A stretch of 64,000 bases of DNA from Paracoccaceae bacterium (GTDB lineage Bacteria; Pseudomonadota; Alphaproteobacteria; Rhodobacterales; Rhodobacteraceae): positions 44,035-108,034 of the forward strand of contig JAHYIZ010000001.1 of the NCBI GenBank assembly GCA_019429405.1, written 5' to 3'. The position numbers and the translations under genes were made by a program. This document shows, one piece after another, positions 39,421-49,703 of this stretch. The notes beneath the pieces were generated by a model. That model did no database searches and was not told the origin of the DNA. It saw only the letters and a program-made list of their open reading frames with translations. The stretch's first letter is position 1. Each line of letters begins with the position of its first letter.

Positions 39421-39542
39421 TTTCGCTTTTCTCGCGCCTCGATCAGAGGTATAGCGACCCCAATTCCCCCCGAAGAATGGAATGGCGGCCAAGACCGCAG
39501 CCGTTTTCCCGGCACGGGAGAGATTTGTAAAGGAGAGATCCG

Positions 39543-40301
39543 ATGACCCGCCCGCTGATGAGCAAGGCCACCGCCGTATGGCTGGTGGAAAACACCACCC
39601 TGACCTTCAAACAGATCGCAGATTTCTGCGGCATGCATGAGCTTGAGGTTCAGGGCATTGCCGACGGCGACGTGGCAACGGGTGTCAAGGGCGCCGACCC
39701 GGTGGCATCTAACCAGCTTGACGCAGCCGAGATTGCCAAGGGCGAGGCGGACCCGGCCTATTCGCTGCGGCTCAAGTTCAACGCCGCTGCGGTGGGCGAG
39801 GAAAAGCGCCGTGGCCCGCGTTACACGCCACTGTCCAAGCGGCAAGACCGCCCGGCGGCAATCTACTGGCTGGTGAAGTTCCACCCCGAGTTGGCCGATG
39901 CGCAGATCGCCCGGCTTGTCGGCACCACCAAGCCCACAATCGCGTCCATCCGCGACCGCTCGCACTGGAACATCGGCAACATCACCCCGATCGACCCGGT
40001 TGCGCTTGGCCTGTGTCGGCAAACTGAGCTGGATGCCGAAGTGCAGAAGGCCGCCAAGAAGAAAGCCGCCGAGGGCGGCCTGATGTCCGATGATGAGCGG
40101 CGCAAGCTGGTTTCCACCGAGACCTCGCTTGCAATGGGCACCAGTGCGCGCATCGCAGGGATCGAGGCCGTCACCCGCGTGGTCGAAGATGAATATGCCG
40201 CCCCGCGCGACTTTTCCAACGCAGACAGCTTCTTCAACCTGCCTGATGCCGAAGATGACGACGAGGAAGACGGCGGCAAGAAGGGCGGCAAGAATCGCTG
40301 A
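39543..40301 (+). CDS. DUF1013 protein (TrcR-like cell-cycle regulator family)
   Basis: MTRPLMSKATAVWLVENTTLTFKQIADFCGMHELEVQGIADG..., with an acidic C-terminal tail. Confidence 0.7.
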   Translation: MTRPLMSKATAVWLVENTTLTFKQIADFCGMHELEVQGIADGDVATGVKGADPVASNQLDAAEIAKGEADPAYSLRLKFNAAAVGEEKRRGPRYTPLSKRQDRPAAIYWLVKFHPELADAQIARLVGTTKPTIASIRDRSHWNIGNITPIDPVALGLCRQTELDAEVQKAAKKKAAEGGLMSDDERRKLVSTETSLAMGTSARIAGIEAVTRVVEDEYAAPRDFSNADSFFNLPDAEDDDEEDGGKKGGKNR

Positions 40302-40321
40302 GGCCCGCCCTGATGAACGCG

Positions 40322-40349
40322 CAACGGCCCGGAGCGATCCGGGCCGTTG
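40322..40349. terminator. bidirectional hairpin
   Basis: CAACGGCCCGGA-GCGA-TCCGGGCCGTTG, a 12-bp stem between convergent genes. No U-run on either side. Confidence 0.55.
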
Positions 40350-40353
40350 GCAT

Positions 40354-40812
40354 TCATACGATCCGGCGCTCCAATTCGCCGGGGTCCGCCACGTCAACGT
40401 GCCAGAAGGCCATTGCGCCCTCGGGCAGACTTGTCAGCACCCGGTCGAGCGCCGCCTGATCGACCGCGCGCCGCAGCGCCCATGCTACCGCTTCAATCGC
40501 GTGTGGCGGTGTGTGGTTGTGGTGGGGCCGCAGCGCCATCGCTTCGCGCGCCATGTCTTCTCGCGGGGCAAAAGGCGGCGGCGGCACCTCGGGGTGCCAA
40601 TCGGCCACGAAGATTGCGCGCAGCACGGCGGGCAGCACCTGCGCAAAAGCGATCCCCTCGGCATTGCTGAGCCTGCGGCGAAAGGTGCGAAACACGCCAT
40701 CCACGGCCGTATAGGCGGCGTTGTCCTAAACGAGCCCCAGCCTTTCCTTCGCGTCGTCCAGAAAAGCCGCCCAGTCTTTGCTGGCGTGGCGGTAGGCCCA
40801 AGGCATGGGCAT
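40354..40812 (-). pseudogene. DUF2267-like gene interrupted by an in-frame TAG
   Basis: On the minus strand, MPMPWAYRHASKDWAAFLDDAKERLGLV-TAG(40726-40728)-DNAAYTAVDGVFRTFRRRLSNAEGIAFAQVLPAVLR... reads in one frame. The downstream part is ORF 40354..40704. Confidence 0.6.
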
Positions 40813-40823
40813 GGCTGACCCCG

Positions 40824-42302
40824 TCAGATGCTGAGGCAGATATACTTCATTTCAAGGTAATCTTCCATGCCGTGCCGGCTGCCCTCGCGCCCGAGCCCCG
40901 ATTGCTTGACGCCGCCAAAAGGCGCCACCTCGGTGGAAATGATGCCGGTGTTGACCCCGACGATGCCGTATTCCAACGCCTCTTGAACGCGCGTCACGCG
41001 GCCGATGTCACGGGCATAAAAGTAGCTGGCGAGGCCGAAAATTGTGGCGTTGGCCTTGGCGATCACCTCGTCTTCTGTGTCGAACTTGAACAGCGGCGCC
41101 AGCGGGCCAAAGGTTTCTTCGTTCGTCACCATCATTGCATCAGTCACGCCGGTCAGAATCGTGGGTTCGAAGAAATTTCCACCCAAAGCATGACGATGTC
41201 CGCCAAGCTCGACCTGCGCGCCCTTGGCCTGTGCGTCAGCGATGTGCTCTTCAACCTTTTCCACAGCAGCCATGTTGACCAGCGGGCCAAAATCAACCGC
41301 CTCGCTTAGCCCGTCGCCCACACGGGTATTCGCCACCGCCGCACGCAGCTTGGCGGCGAAAGCATCATAGACCCCGGCCTGCACATAGATGCGGTTGGCG
41401 CAAACACAGGTCTGGCCGTTGTTGCGAAACTTTGAGGCCATGGCGCCCAGAACGGCTGCATCAAGATCGGCGTCGTCAAACACGATGAAGGGCGCGTTGC
41501 CGCCCAGTTCCATGCTGCATTTCATCACCTGATCGGCCGCTTGGCGCAGCAATATGCGCCCCACCTCGGTTGATCCGGTGAAGGTCAGTTTGCGCACAAG
41601 GGGGTTCTCGCAAAACTCCTTGCCAATGTCGGAAGACCGCTTCGAGGTGATCACCGCGAAGATGCCCTTTGGCAGGCCCGCGCGTTCCCCCAGCACCGCC
41701 AAAGCCAGCGCCGAAAGCGGCGTTTCCGCTGCGGGCCGCGCGACAAAGCCGCAGCCCACCGCCAGCGCCGGGCCGCATTTGCGGGTGATCATCGCATTCG
41801 GAAAGTTCCAGGGCGTGATTGAGCCGACCACCCCGATCGGCTGCTTGATCACGGTAATGCGTTTGTCGCGCAGATGGCCGGGAATGGTCTCGCCGTAAAC
41901 GCGCTTGGCCTCTTCGCCGAACCATTCGATGAAGCTGGCACCATAGGCAACCTCGCCCTTGGCCTCGGCCAGCGGCTTGCCCATTTCGGCGGTCAGGATC
42001 AGGCCGAGGTCATGCTGGTTTTCCATCATCAGTTCGAACCATTTGCGCAAGACCCCGGCACGCTCTTTGCCGGTGCGCGCCGCCCAGTCTTTCATTGCGG
42101 CGTTGGCGGCGGCAATGGCGCGGGCGGTTTCGGCGCGACCAAGGTTGGGCACATGGCAGATCACATCGCCCCGCGCCGGGTTGGTAACAGGAAACGTGCT
42201 GCCATCATCGGCTTCGATCCACTCGCCAGCGACAAAGGCGCGGGTGGCAAGCAGGCTGGGGTCCTGCAACAGGCTCTTGAGGTCCGTGGCGGTGTCGAGC
42301 AT
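40824..42302 (-). CDS. gabD: NAD(P)-dependent succinate-semialdehyde dehydrogenase
   Basis: Trimmed to MLDTATDLKS. ALDH motifs FTGST, ELGGNAP and VCANR, with a GabD-like block GEVAYGASFIEWFGEEAKRVYGETIPGH. Confidence 0.85.
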   Translation of the reverse strand: MLDTATDLKSLLQDPSLLATRAFVAGEWIEADDGSTFPVTNPARGDVICHVPNLGRAETARAIAAANAAMKDWAARTGKERAGVLRKWFELMMENQHDLGLILTAEMGKPLAEAKGEVAYGASFIEWFGEEAKRVYGETIPGHLRDKRITVIKQPIGVVGSITPWNFPNAMITRKCGPALAVGCGFVARPAAETPLSALALAVLGERAGLPKGIFAVITSKRSSDIGKEFCENPLVRKLTFTGSTEVGRILLRQAADQVMKCSMELGGNAPFIVFDDADLDAAVLGAMASKFRNNGQTCVCANRIYVQAGVYDAFAAKLRAAVANTRVGDGLSEAVDFGPLVNMAAVEKVEEHIADAQAKGAQVELGGHRHALGGNFFEPTILTGVTDAMMVTNEETFGPLAPLFKFDTEDEVIAKANATIFGLASYFYARDIGRVTRVQEALEYGIVGVNTGIISTEVAPFGGVKQSGLGREGSRHGMEDYLEMKYICLSI

Positions 42303-42394
42303 GGTTTCCTCCTGGTGTCGGTTCAGACCGAGCAAAAGCATGGGGCGACGCGCTTGTCCAGCAAACGGGCGACCGGACGGGGGGAGAAAACGGC

Positions 42395-43168
42395 ATGAAC
42401 ATGGACACCGCCTATCAGAATGCCGCCTTCATACCGGGCGGCGAGGGCTATGCGGCGCGCTGGGCGGCCGAGGCCGCGTCGTTCCGCGCGGCGCATGTGC
42501 CCGAGCGGCTGACCTACGGGCCTCGCACGCGAAACTGGGTTGATCTTTTCCGGCCAGAGGGCGCGGTGCGGGGCCTCGTGGTCATCCTGCACGGCGGATA
42601 TTGGCTGCGCTTTGGCCCGGAGGATTTCTCACACCTTGCCGCTGGGGCGCTCGCGGAGGGCTTCGCCGTGGCGCTGCCCGCCTACACACTCGCCCCCGCA
42701 GCACGGATTGCAGCGATCACTGCCGAGGCGGCGCAGGCAATTACCATGCTTGCAGGGTGCTTGGCCGGGCCAATTCACATTACCGGTCATTCGGCGGGTG
42801 GGCACCTCGCGGCGCGCATGGCCTGTGAGGGGGTGCTGCCCGCGGCGCTGGCCGCGCGCATCGCACGCGTGGTTCCGATCTCGCCCGTCTCTGACCTCGC
42901 ACCCTTGATGCTGACCGCGATGCAATCAGCCCTGAGGCTGGATGCAAACGAGGTGGCCGCCGAAAGCCCTGTCTACCTGCCGCGCAGCGCGGCGTTGGAT
43001 GTGCGGGTCTGGGTCGGCGGCGCCGAGCGCTCGGCCTTTCTGGCACAGGCGGGCGCGCTCTCCACCGCCTGGGGTGCGCCGCTGACGGTGGAACCCGCGC
43101 GCCACCACTTCGATGTGATCGAAGGGCTGCAACGGCCTTCGCCGCTGCTGACGGCGCTGGTCGGCTGA
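42395..43168 (+). CDS. alpha/beta hydrolase (esterase/arylformamidase-like)
   Basis: HGGYW oxyanion motif and GHSAGGH nucleophile elbow. Confidence 0.7.
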   Translation: MNMDTAYQNAAFIPGGEGYAARWAAEAASFRAAHVPERLTYGPRTRNWVDLFRPEGAVRGLVVILHGGYWLRFGPEDFSHLAAGALAEGFAVALPAYTLAPAARIAAITAEAAQAITMLAGCLAGPIHITGHSAGGHLAARMACEGVLPAALAARIARVVPISPVSDLAPLMLTAMQSALRLDANEVAAESPVYLPRSAALDVRVWVGGAERSAFLAQAGALSTAWGAPLTVEPARHHFDVIEGLQRPSPLLTALVG

Positions 43169-43170
43169 AA

Positions 43171-43215
43171 CACGGGGGGGGCCAGCCCCCCGCGCGCCCC
43201 GGGGTATTTGGGCGT
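43171..43215 (+). repeat. GC-rich dispersed intergenic repeat, copy 3
   Basis: GGGGGGGGCCAGCCCCCCGCGCGCCCCGGGGTATTTGGGCG, between convergent genes. The tail CCCCGGGGTATTTGG resembles the copy at 57385-57404. Confidence 0.5.
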
Positions 43216-43222
43216 TAAAAAC

Positions 43223-44224
43223 TTAGCGCGCGAAGCGCGTGCGCCACGCGGGTTGCAGGTCGCCCGGCATCGGGCGCGCCTCGAACACGGCGCGCGCGAT
43301 GGCACGGGCAAGGCAGGCGGCAGCGGCGTGGCCAAGCACGAAAGGCTGCACCAGCGGATCGGTCACGGGCCGTGCGCCGGTGGCGACCGCAAACACCAGA
43401 TCGCCGTCGTAAGGCGTGTGGCTGGGCACGATGGCGCGCGCCATGCCGTCATGTGCGGCGGTGGCCACGCGCTGCGCCTGCGCTTGAGTCAGCGCGGCGT
43501 CGGTGGCGACAATCGCTATGGTGGTAGCCTCACCCATGCGCTTGAGGGGGCTGGGCTCGGCCTCCGGGTCGTGGCCTTGCGCCACCCCCAACCCACCGAA
43601 CTCGGCCCCCATCTCCCAAGGCGCCGCCCAGAATTCGGGCCCATCGCCCACAGTCACCGAACCTAACGCGTTCACCGCCACCAACGCGCCCACGGTGATA
43701 CCGCAGTCGAGTACCAGCGAGGCAGAGCCGAGGCCACCCTTCCATGTGCCGGTCATCGCGCCAAACCCTGCCCCCGCCGACCCGAGCGCGAAGTCGACGC
43801 CAGCCGCCGCCAGAGCCTCGTGCCCGAGCCGCTTGTAGGGGTTTTCGCGCCATTCCTTGTCGCCGCCATTGAGCAGATCAAACAGGATTGCCCCCGGCAC
43901 GATCGGCACCCGCATGTCGCCGACCGCAAACCCACGCCCCGCCGCGCGCAGCCCATCGGCCACACCAGAAGCCGCATCGAGCCCAAAGGCCGAGCCGCCC
44001 GAAAGCACCAGCGCGTCGACCTCCTGCACCAGCTTGTCGGGCGCCAGCAGGTCGGTTTCGCGGGTGCCGGGTGCGCCGCCCATCACATGCACCGCCGCCA
44101 CGAAAGGTCGCGCCCCCAACAGCACTGTGGCGCCGGTTCGCACGCCCGCATCCTCGGCATTGCCAACCAACAATCCCGCGACATCGGTGATCAGGTTGCG
44201 CTTGCCCGGTTTCATGCGACCCAC
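43223..44224 (-). CDS. P1-family (S58, DmpA/BapA-like) aminopeptidase
   Basis: 333 aa. NLITDVAGLLVGN N-terminus and the Ntn-type block TTIAIVATDAAL. Confidence 0.8.
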   Translation of the reverse strand: MGRMKPGKRNLITDVAGLLVGNAEDAGVRTGATVLLGARPFVAAVHVMGGAPGTRETDLLAPDKLVQEVDALVLSGGSAFGLDAASGVADGLRAAGRGFAVGDMRVPIVPGAILFDLLNGGDKEWRENPYKRLGHEALAAAGVDFALGSAGAGFGAMTGTWKGGLGSASLVLDCGITVGALVAVNALGSVTVGDGPEFWAAPWEMGAEFGGLGVAQGHDPEAEPSPLKRMGEATTIAIVATDAALTQAQAQRVATAAHDGMARAIVPSHTPYDGDLVFAVATGARPVTDPLVQPFVLGHAAAACLARAIARAVFEARPMPGDLQPAWRTRFAR

Positions 44225-44225
44225 T

Positions 44226-44283
44226 CCTTGCGTTGGCGAAAATATCCCGCGGGGGTCCGGGGGCGCGAGGCCCCCGGCCTGCG
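44226..44283 (-). repeat. GC-rich dispersed intergenic repeat, copy 4
   Basis: The reverse complement reads GGCCGGGGGCCTCGCGCCCCCGGACCCCCGCGGGATATTTTCGCCAACGCAAGGAG, ending at the SD of the peptidase gene. Confidence 0.6.
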
Positions 44284-45024
44284 TCAGATGCAGCGCCCGC
44301 CATCCACTTCCATCGCCACGCCCGTCACCATTCCCGCTTCGTCGGAACAGAGAAACAGCGCCGCGGCCGCCATGTCTTCGGGCGTCGAAAACCGCCCCAA
44401 CGGGATGGTTGCCAGAAATTTGGCGCGCATTTCAGGGGTGTCTTCGCCCATGAAACTCTTGAGCAAGGGCGTTTCGCCCGCCACCGGGTTGATCGCGTTC
44501 ACGCGCACAGCGAAGGGTGCAAGCTCCACCGCCATTGCCTTGGTCGCGGTAATCATCCAGCCCTTCGAGGCGTTGTACCACGCAAGCCGGGGCCGCGGCG
44601 AAACCCCCGCCGTCGAGGCAACATTCAAGATCGCGCCGGTCCGCGCCGCCTTCATCAGCGGCACGATGTGGCGCGCGGTCAGGTAAACCGATTTCGCGTT
44701 CACCGCGAAAATCCGGTCGAACTCGGCCTCGCCCACCTCTTCCATCGGTTGCGGCAGGTGCGTGATGCCGGCGTTGTTCACCAGAATGTCGATCTGGCCC
44801 CATGCTGCAATTGCCGCCGCCGCCATTTCCGCCACGCTGGCGTCATTGCTGACATCGACCGTTTGCGCCATGCCGCCACATTCCGACGCCACCGCCTCTG
44901 CGGCCTCAAGGTTGATGTCGGCCAACATCACCCGCGCCCCTTCGGCCGCGAACCGCCGCGCGATACCCGCACCAAAGCCGGACCCCGCCCCGGTCACGAT
45001 CGCCGTCTTGCCCTGAAGTCGCAT
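44284..45024 (-). CDS. SDR-family oxidoreductase
   Basis: Trimmed to MRLQGKTAIVTGAGSGFG. Contains NNAG and YNASKG. Confidence 0.85.
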   Translation of the reverse strand: MRLQGKTAIVTGAGSGFGAGIARRFAAEGARVMLADINLEAAEAVASECGGMAQTVDVSNDASVAEMAAAAIAAWGQIDILVNNAGITHLPQPMEEVGEAEFDRIFAVNAKSVYLTARHIVPLMKAARTGAILNVASTAGVSPRPRLAWYNASKGWMITATKAMAVELAPFAVRVNAINPVAGETPLLKSFMGEDTPEMRAKFLATIPLGRFSTPEDMAAAALFLCSDEAGMVTGVAMEVDGGRCI

Positions 45025-45146
45025 GATGCCTCCGATTTTTAGGTCAGCACCCAGCCTGCCCACTGGCGCGGCAAACGCAAGGGCGATGTTGCACCCACCC
45101 GCGCACGCTGTCATTTTGCGCGCAGTAATTGCAGCAGGAGGCGACG

Positions 45147-45845
45147 ATGGGCAAGGTAGCACTGATCACGGCGGGCGGCAGCGGCATGGGGGCGGCGGCG
45201 GCGCGCAGGTTGGCAGCCGATGGCTTTAAGGTTGCCATCCTCTCGTCATCGGGCAAGGGCGAGGCTTTGGCGAAAACTCTGGGTGGCATCGGCGTGACCG
45301 GCTCGAACCTTGTTGCGGATGATGTGGCGCGCACGGTCGATGCCGCGATGGAAAAATGGGGTCGCATCGACGTGCTGGTGAATTCTGCTGGCCACGGTCC
45401 CAAGGGGCCGCTGCTTGATCTGACCGATGACGACTGGCACCGGGGTATCGAGGTCTATTTCCTGTCCGCCGTGCGCCCGATACGGCTGGTTACGCCGATC
45501 ATGCAGGCGCAGGGCGGTGGCGCCATCATCAACATCTCGACCTTCGCGGCGTTTGAACCCGACCCGGCCTTTCCCACCTCAGGCGTAGCGCGGGCGGGGC
45601 TTGCGGCTTTTGCCAAGCTTTTCGCTGATCGCTATGCAGCCGAAAACATCCGCATGAACAATGTGTTGCCCGGCTACATCGACAGCCTGCCCGAAAAGGC
45701 GGAACGGCGCGCGCAGATTCCGATGGGCCGCTATGGCACCACCGAAGAAATTGCGGGCGTCGTCAGCTTTCTGGCATCCGACGCGGCAGGTTACATGACC
45801 GGGCAGAACCTGAGGGTGGATGGCGGCATCACGCGGTCGGTCTGA
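45147..45845 (+). CDS. SDR-family oxidoreductase
   Basis: AGGAGG precedes the ATG. Starts MGKVALITAGGSGMG; 232 aa. Confidence 0.8.
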   Translation: MGKVALITAGGSGMGAAAARRLAADGFKVAILSSSGKGEALAKTLGGIGVTGSNLVADDVARTVDAAMEKWGRIDVLVNSAGHGPKGPLLDLTDDDWHRGIEVYFLSAVRPIRLVTPIMQAQGGGAIINISTFAAFEPDPAFPTSGVARAGLAAFAKLFADRYAAENIRMNNVLPGYIDSLPEKAERRAQIPMGRYGTTEEIAGVVSFLASDAAGYMTGQNLRVDGGITRSV

Positions 45846-45862
45846 ACGGCGTGGCGGCGAGG

Positions 45863-47311
45863 CTACCCGTGGCTCGCCGACACCGTCTTCAGGACCGAAA
45901 ACCCGTACAACGCCTCGAACCCCTTTTCGCGGCCATGGCCTGATTTGCCGACCCCGCCGAAGGGCAGTTCAACCCCGCCCCCGGCGCCGTAGTTGTTCAA
46001 AAACACCTGCCCGGCACGCAAGCCTCGCGCCAGCCGCATCTGCCGCGCGCCATTCTCGCTCCAGACACTCGCGACAAGACCGTAGGCGGTGCCATTGGCA
46101 ATCGCCAGCGCTTCGGCCTCGTCGTCAAAGGGGATCACCACCTGCGCGGGGCCAAAGATTTCCTCTTGCGCCAGCCGGTGCCCAGCGCGCACATCGGCCA
46201 GCAGGCGCGGCGCAACATAATGCCCGCCCTTGGGCGCATCGGCCACGATCTGCCCCTCGGCAGCCACTGTCAGGTCTGACCCGAGCGCCAGATAGCCTTC
46301 GACGACCGCCTTTTGCGTTGCTGAAATCAGCGGGCCAAGATCGTGGTCGCCCAAGGCCGGGCCGACCCGCAACCCGCGATACCGCGCCGCCATCGCCTGC
46401 ACCACTTCGTCGTAGCGCGACCGCTGCACCAGAATGCGCGAGGCGGCGGAACAGGTCTGCCCCGCGTTCTGGATGCCTGCGTTCACAAGAAATGGCAGCG
46501 CCTTGCCCAGATCGGCATCGGCAAACACCAGTTGCGGCGATTTGCCACCCAACTCCAGCGTCACGGGTACGATATTGCGCGCCGCCGCCGCCTGCACCAG
46601 CGACCCGACGGCTACTGAACCTGTAAACGACAGATGCCGCACGCGCGGGTGCGCGGTCAGCGCCGCCCCGGCCTCTTCGCCTAATCCCGGCACGACGTTG
46701 AGCGCCCCGGCAGGCAGCCCCGCCTCCATTGCGATGCGCGCGAAAGCCAGTGCGGTCAGGCTGGCCTCTTCCGCCGGTTTCAGCACCGCCGCATTGCCCA
46801 TCGCCAAGGCCGCCCCGACCGAGCGCCCGATGATCTGCATCGGGTAGTTCCACGGTACGATATGCCCGGTTACCCCGTGCGGCTCGCGCAGCGTGTAGAC
46901 GGTGTAGCCGGGCAGATAGGGGATGGTCTCGCCCATCACCTTATCAGCGGCGCCCGCGTAAAACTCCATGTAGCGCGCCAGCGCCAGCGCATCGGCGCGC
47001 GCCTGCGCAAGGGGTTTGCCCACATCCTGCGCCTCGATCTGCGCCAGATCGTCGGCCCGCGCCGCCACCGCCTGCCCGATCCGCGCCAGCACGCGGCCCC
47101 GTTCTGTGGCGCTCATCCGGCCCCAGTCGCCCGCCAGCGCGGCCTCGGCCGCCGCCACCGCCGCGTCGATCTCGGCCTCGCCACCGCGCGCGATCTCGGC
47201 CACCACCTCGCCGGTCGAGGGGTTCTCGACGGGCAGCGTGGCAGAGGGTTTCAACCAGCGGCCCCCGATCAGCATTTCGGTGGGCGTAAACCAGAGCGCG
47301 GTTACAGTCAT
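45863..47311 (-). CDS. aldehyde dehydrogenase family protein
   Basis: 482 aa. Contains FTGS, ELGGKSP, the catalytic Cys block GQTCSA and EEIFGP. Confidence 0.88.
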   Translation of the reverse strand: MTVTALWFTPTEMLIGGRWLKPSATLPVENPSTGEVVAEIARGGEAEIDAAVAAAEAALAGDWGRMSATERGRVLARIGQAVAARADDLAQIEAQDVGKPLAQARADALALARYMEFYAGAADKVMGETIPYLPGYTVYTLREPHGVTGHIVPWNYPMQIIGRSVGAALAMGNAAVLKPAEEASLTALAFARIAMEAGLPAGALNVVPGLGEEAGAALTAHPRVRHLSFTGSVAVGSLVQAAAARNIVPVTLELGGKSPQLVFADADLGKALPFLVNAGIQNAGQTCSAASRILVQRSRYDEVVQAMAARYRGLRVGPALGDHDLGPLISATQKAVVEGYLALGSDLTVAAEGQIVADAPKGGHYVAPRLLADVRAGHRLAQEEIFGPAQVVIPFDDEAEALAIANGTAYGLVASVWSENGARQMRLARGLRAGQVFLNNYGAGGGVELPFGGVGKSGHGREKGFEALYGFSVLKTVSASHG

Positions 47312-48897
47312 CGGGCAGTCTCCATCCAGTCGATCGGAATTTGCGGCGTCGCGGCCACGAGGCGGCGGGTGACCTCATGGCGCGGCGCCTCGAACAGCGC
47401 CTCGGTCGGGCCTTCCTCCACAATCTGGCCCGCCTCCATCACCAGCACCCGGTCAGTAATGGCACGCACCACGCTCAGGTCGTGGCTAATGAAGAGGTAG
47501 GCAAGGCCATGGCTTTTGCGCAATGCCGCCAGCAGGTCGAGCACCTGGGCACGGATACGCACATCAAGCGCGCTGACCGCCTCATCCAGCACGATCAGCG
47601 CGGGGCGGGTAATCAGCGCGCGCGCAATGGCAATGCGCTGGCGCTGGCCGCCGGAAAACTCGTGAATGTATTTGCGGCGGTCGTCGGGGTGCAGCCCAAC
47701 CTCGACCAGCGCCTCCGCCACCCGCTCGCGCCAGTCGGGCGGCGGCACCGGCATCAGGTGAAACGGCTCGGCCACCAACCGGTCAACGCGCCAGCGCGGA
47801 TTGAAACTGCCGTATGGGTCTTGAAACACCACCTGCACATCGGCGCGCATCGCATTTGGCATGGCGGGGCTAACCCGTTTGCCGAGCAGCCGTATCTCGC
47901 CGCCTTGCAGCGCATCGAGCCCCAATATCGCCCGCGTCAGAGTCGATTTTCCGCACCCGGATGACCCCACCAGCCCAAGGCTTTCGCCCTGATGCAGCGT
48001 GAAGGAAACGCCATCGACGGCGTGTAGCACCGGGCGCCGCGCGAAGGCCGAGGGGCGCGCCAGCGCATAGGCGCGGGTAGCGTGATCGACCACCAGCAGC
48101 GGTTCCGGCGTGCCAATGGCAACCCGCGCGGGCTGATGCGCCGAGGCTGCGAAAAGCGCGGCAGTGTAAGGGTGGGCGCGGGCGCGAAAGAGCTGTTCCG
48201 TCAGCCCCTCTTCCACGATCTGCCCGGTTTGCATCACGGCGGTATGGGTCGCCAGCCCTGCCACAACGGCAAGGTCATGGGTGATCAGCATCAGCCCCAT
48301 GCCCTCATCTTCAACCAGATCGCGCAGAAGATCGAGGATCTGTGCTTGCGTTGTCACATCAAGCGCGGTGGTCGGCTCATCGGCGATCAGCAGCGCGGGT
48401 TTCAATGCGATGGCCAGCGCAATCGCCACCCTTTGGCGCTGCCCGCCCGAAAGCTCGTGCGGGTAAAGCCGCAGCGGAAAGCGCGGCTCGGGCAGGCCCA
48501 CGCGGTCGAGCTTTTCGCGCGCCACCGCCAGTGCCTGCGCGCGCGGCATGGCGCGGTGTACCATCAGCGTTTCGGCTACCTGATCGCCAATGGTCATCAA
48601 CGGGTTCAGCGCCGTCATCGGTTCCTGAAAGATCATGCCGATGCGGTTGCCGCGCAACGCGCAGAGCGCCTTTTCGGATTGGTTGAGCAGGTCCAGCCCT
48701 TCCAGCTCGGCATGCCCGGTGGTTATCGCGCCGTCGGGCAACAGCCCCATCAGGGCCAGCGCGGTCAGCGATTTGCCCGACCCGCTTTCGCCCACCAGCC
48801 CGAATATCTCGCCCGGTTGCACGGCAAACGAAACCCGATCCAACAGCGGCGTGCCGTGGATCGAAACCGTGATGTCGGTGACCGAAAGCAGGCTCAT
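47308..48897 (-). CDS. ABC transporter, fused double ATP-binding protein (Dpp/Opp D+F type)
   Basis: 529 aa with two Walker A motifs ([16 protein letters not shown]) and two LSGGQRQR signatures. Confidence 0.9.
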   Translation of the reverse strand: MSLLSVTDITVSIHGTPLLDRVSFAVQPGEIFGLVGESGSGKSLTALALMGLLPDGAITTGHAELEGLDLLNQSEKALCALRGNRIGMIFQEPMTALNPLMTIGDQVAETLMVHRAMPRAQALAVAREKLDRVGLPEPRFPLRLYPHELSGGQRQRVAIALAIALKPALLIADEPTTALDVTTQAQILDLLRDLVEDEGMGLMLITHDLAVVAGLATHTAVMQTGQIVEEGLTEQLFRARAHPYTAALFAASAHQPARVAIGTPEPLLVVDHATRAYALARPSAFARRPVLHAVDGVSFTLHQGESLGLVGSSGCGKSTLTRAILGLDALQGGEIRLLGKRVSPAMPNAMRADVQVVFQDPYGSFNPRWRVDRLVAEPFHLMPVPPPDWRERVAEALVEVGLHPDDRRKYIHEFSGGQRQRIAIARALITRPALIVLDEAVSALDVRIRAQVLDLLAALRKSHGLAYLFISHDLSVVRAITDRVLVMEAGQIVEEGPTEALFEAPRHEVTRRLVAATPQIPIDWMETAR

Positions 48898-49703
48898 CTC
48901 TCGCGCCTCAGCCTTGGGTCGAGCGCGTCTCGCAACCCGTCGCCCAGCAGGTTCAGCCCCAGCACCGTGGCCACGATGGCAAGGCCGGGAAAGATCGCCA
49001 CATGCGGCGCCAGCGTGACCATGGTCTGTGCCTCGGCCAGCATCCGGCCCCAGCTTGGCAGCGGCGGCTGTGCGCCAAGGCCAACGTAGCTCAGCCCCGC
49101 CTCGGCCAGAATACCCAATGAAAACTGGATCGTTCCCTGCACGATCAAGAGGTTGGCGATGTTGGGCACAATATGCTCGACCGAAATTCTCGCCCGCCCC
49201 TTGCCCGCCACCTGCGCCGCCCGGATGTAATCGAGCGTCCAGAGGCTCAGCGCCCCGGCGCGGGTGACGCGGGCAAAGACCGGGATGTTGAAAATGCCAA
49301 TGGCGATGATGGCATTGATTGCGGAAGGGCCGAACACGGCGGTGATGAGAATGGCAATCACCAGCGAGGGGAAGGCAAAGATCAGGTCGTTTCCGCGCAT
49401 CGTCAGCTCATCTGCCCAGCCGGGTCGCGCCGCCGCCAGCAGGCCCAGCGGCACGCCCAGCCCCATGCCGATGCCCACCGCCACCAGCGCCACCGCCAGC
49501 GAGGTGCGCGCGCCCACCATCAGCATGGCGCCGATGTCGCGGCCGAAATGGTCGGTGCCAAACCAATGCACGGCCGAGGGCGTTTGCAGCTTTTGCGAAA
49601 TCGCCAAAGCGGTCACGTCATAAGGGGTCCAGACCAACGAGACCAGCGCCGCAATCAGCGCGACACCCGCCAGCAAAGCCCCGATGGCAAGCCCCGGCTT
49701 CAT
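48894..49703 (-). CDS. ABC transporter permease (DppC/OppC-like)
   Basis: 269 aa, polytopic, with 4-nt overlaps to both neighbours. Confidence 0.88.
   Translation of the reverse strand: MKPGLAIGALLAGVALIAALVSLVWTPYDVTALAISQKLQTPSAVHWFGTDHFGRDIGAMLMVGARTSLAVALVAVGIGMGLGVPLGLLAAARPGWADELTMRGNDLIFAFPSLVIAILITAVFGPSAINAIIAIGIFNIPVFARVTRAGALSLWTLDYIRAAQVAGKGRARISVEHIVPNIANLLIVQGTIQFSLGILAEAGLSYVGLGAQPPLPSWGRMLAEAQTMVTLAPHVAIFPGLAIVATVLGLNLLGDGLRDALDPRLRRER

Noticed and set aside
40090-40818. 242-aa plus-strand ORF spanning the end of the DUF1013 gene and the DUF2267-like region
   Set aside because: It overlaps two better-supported genes, crosses a strong hairpin and has an Arg/Pro-rich composition.
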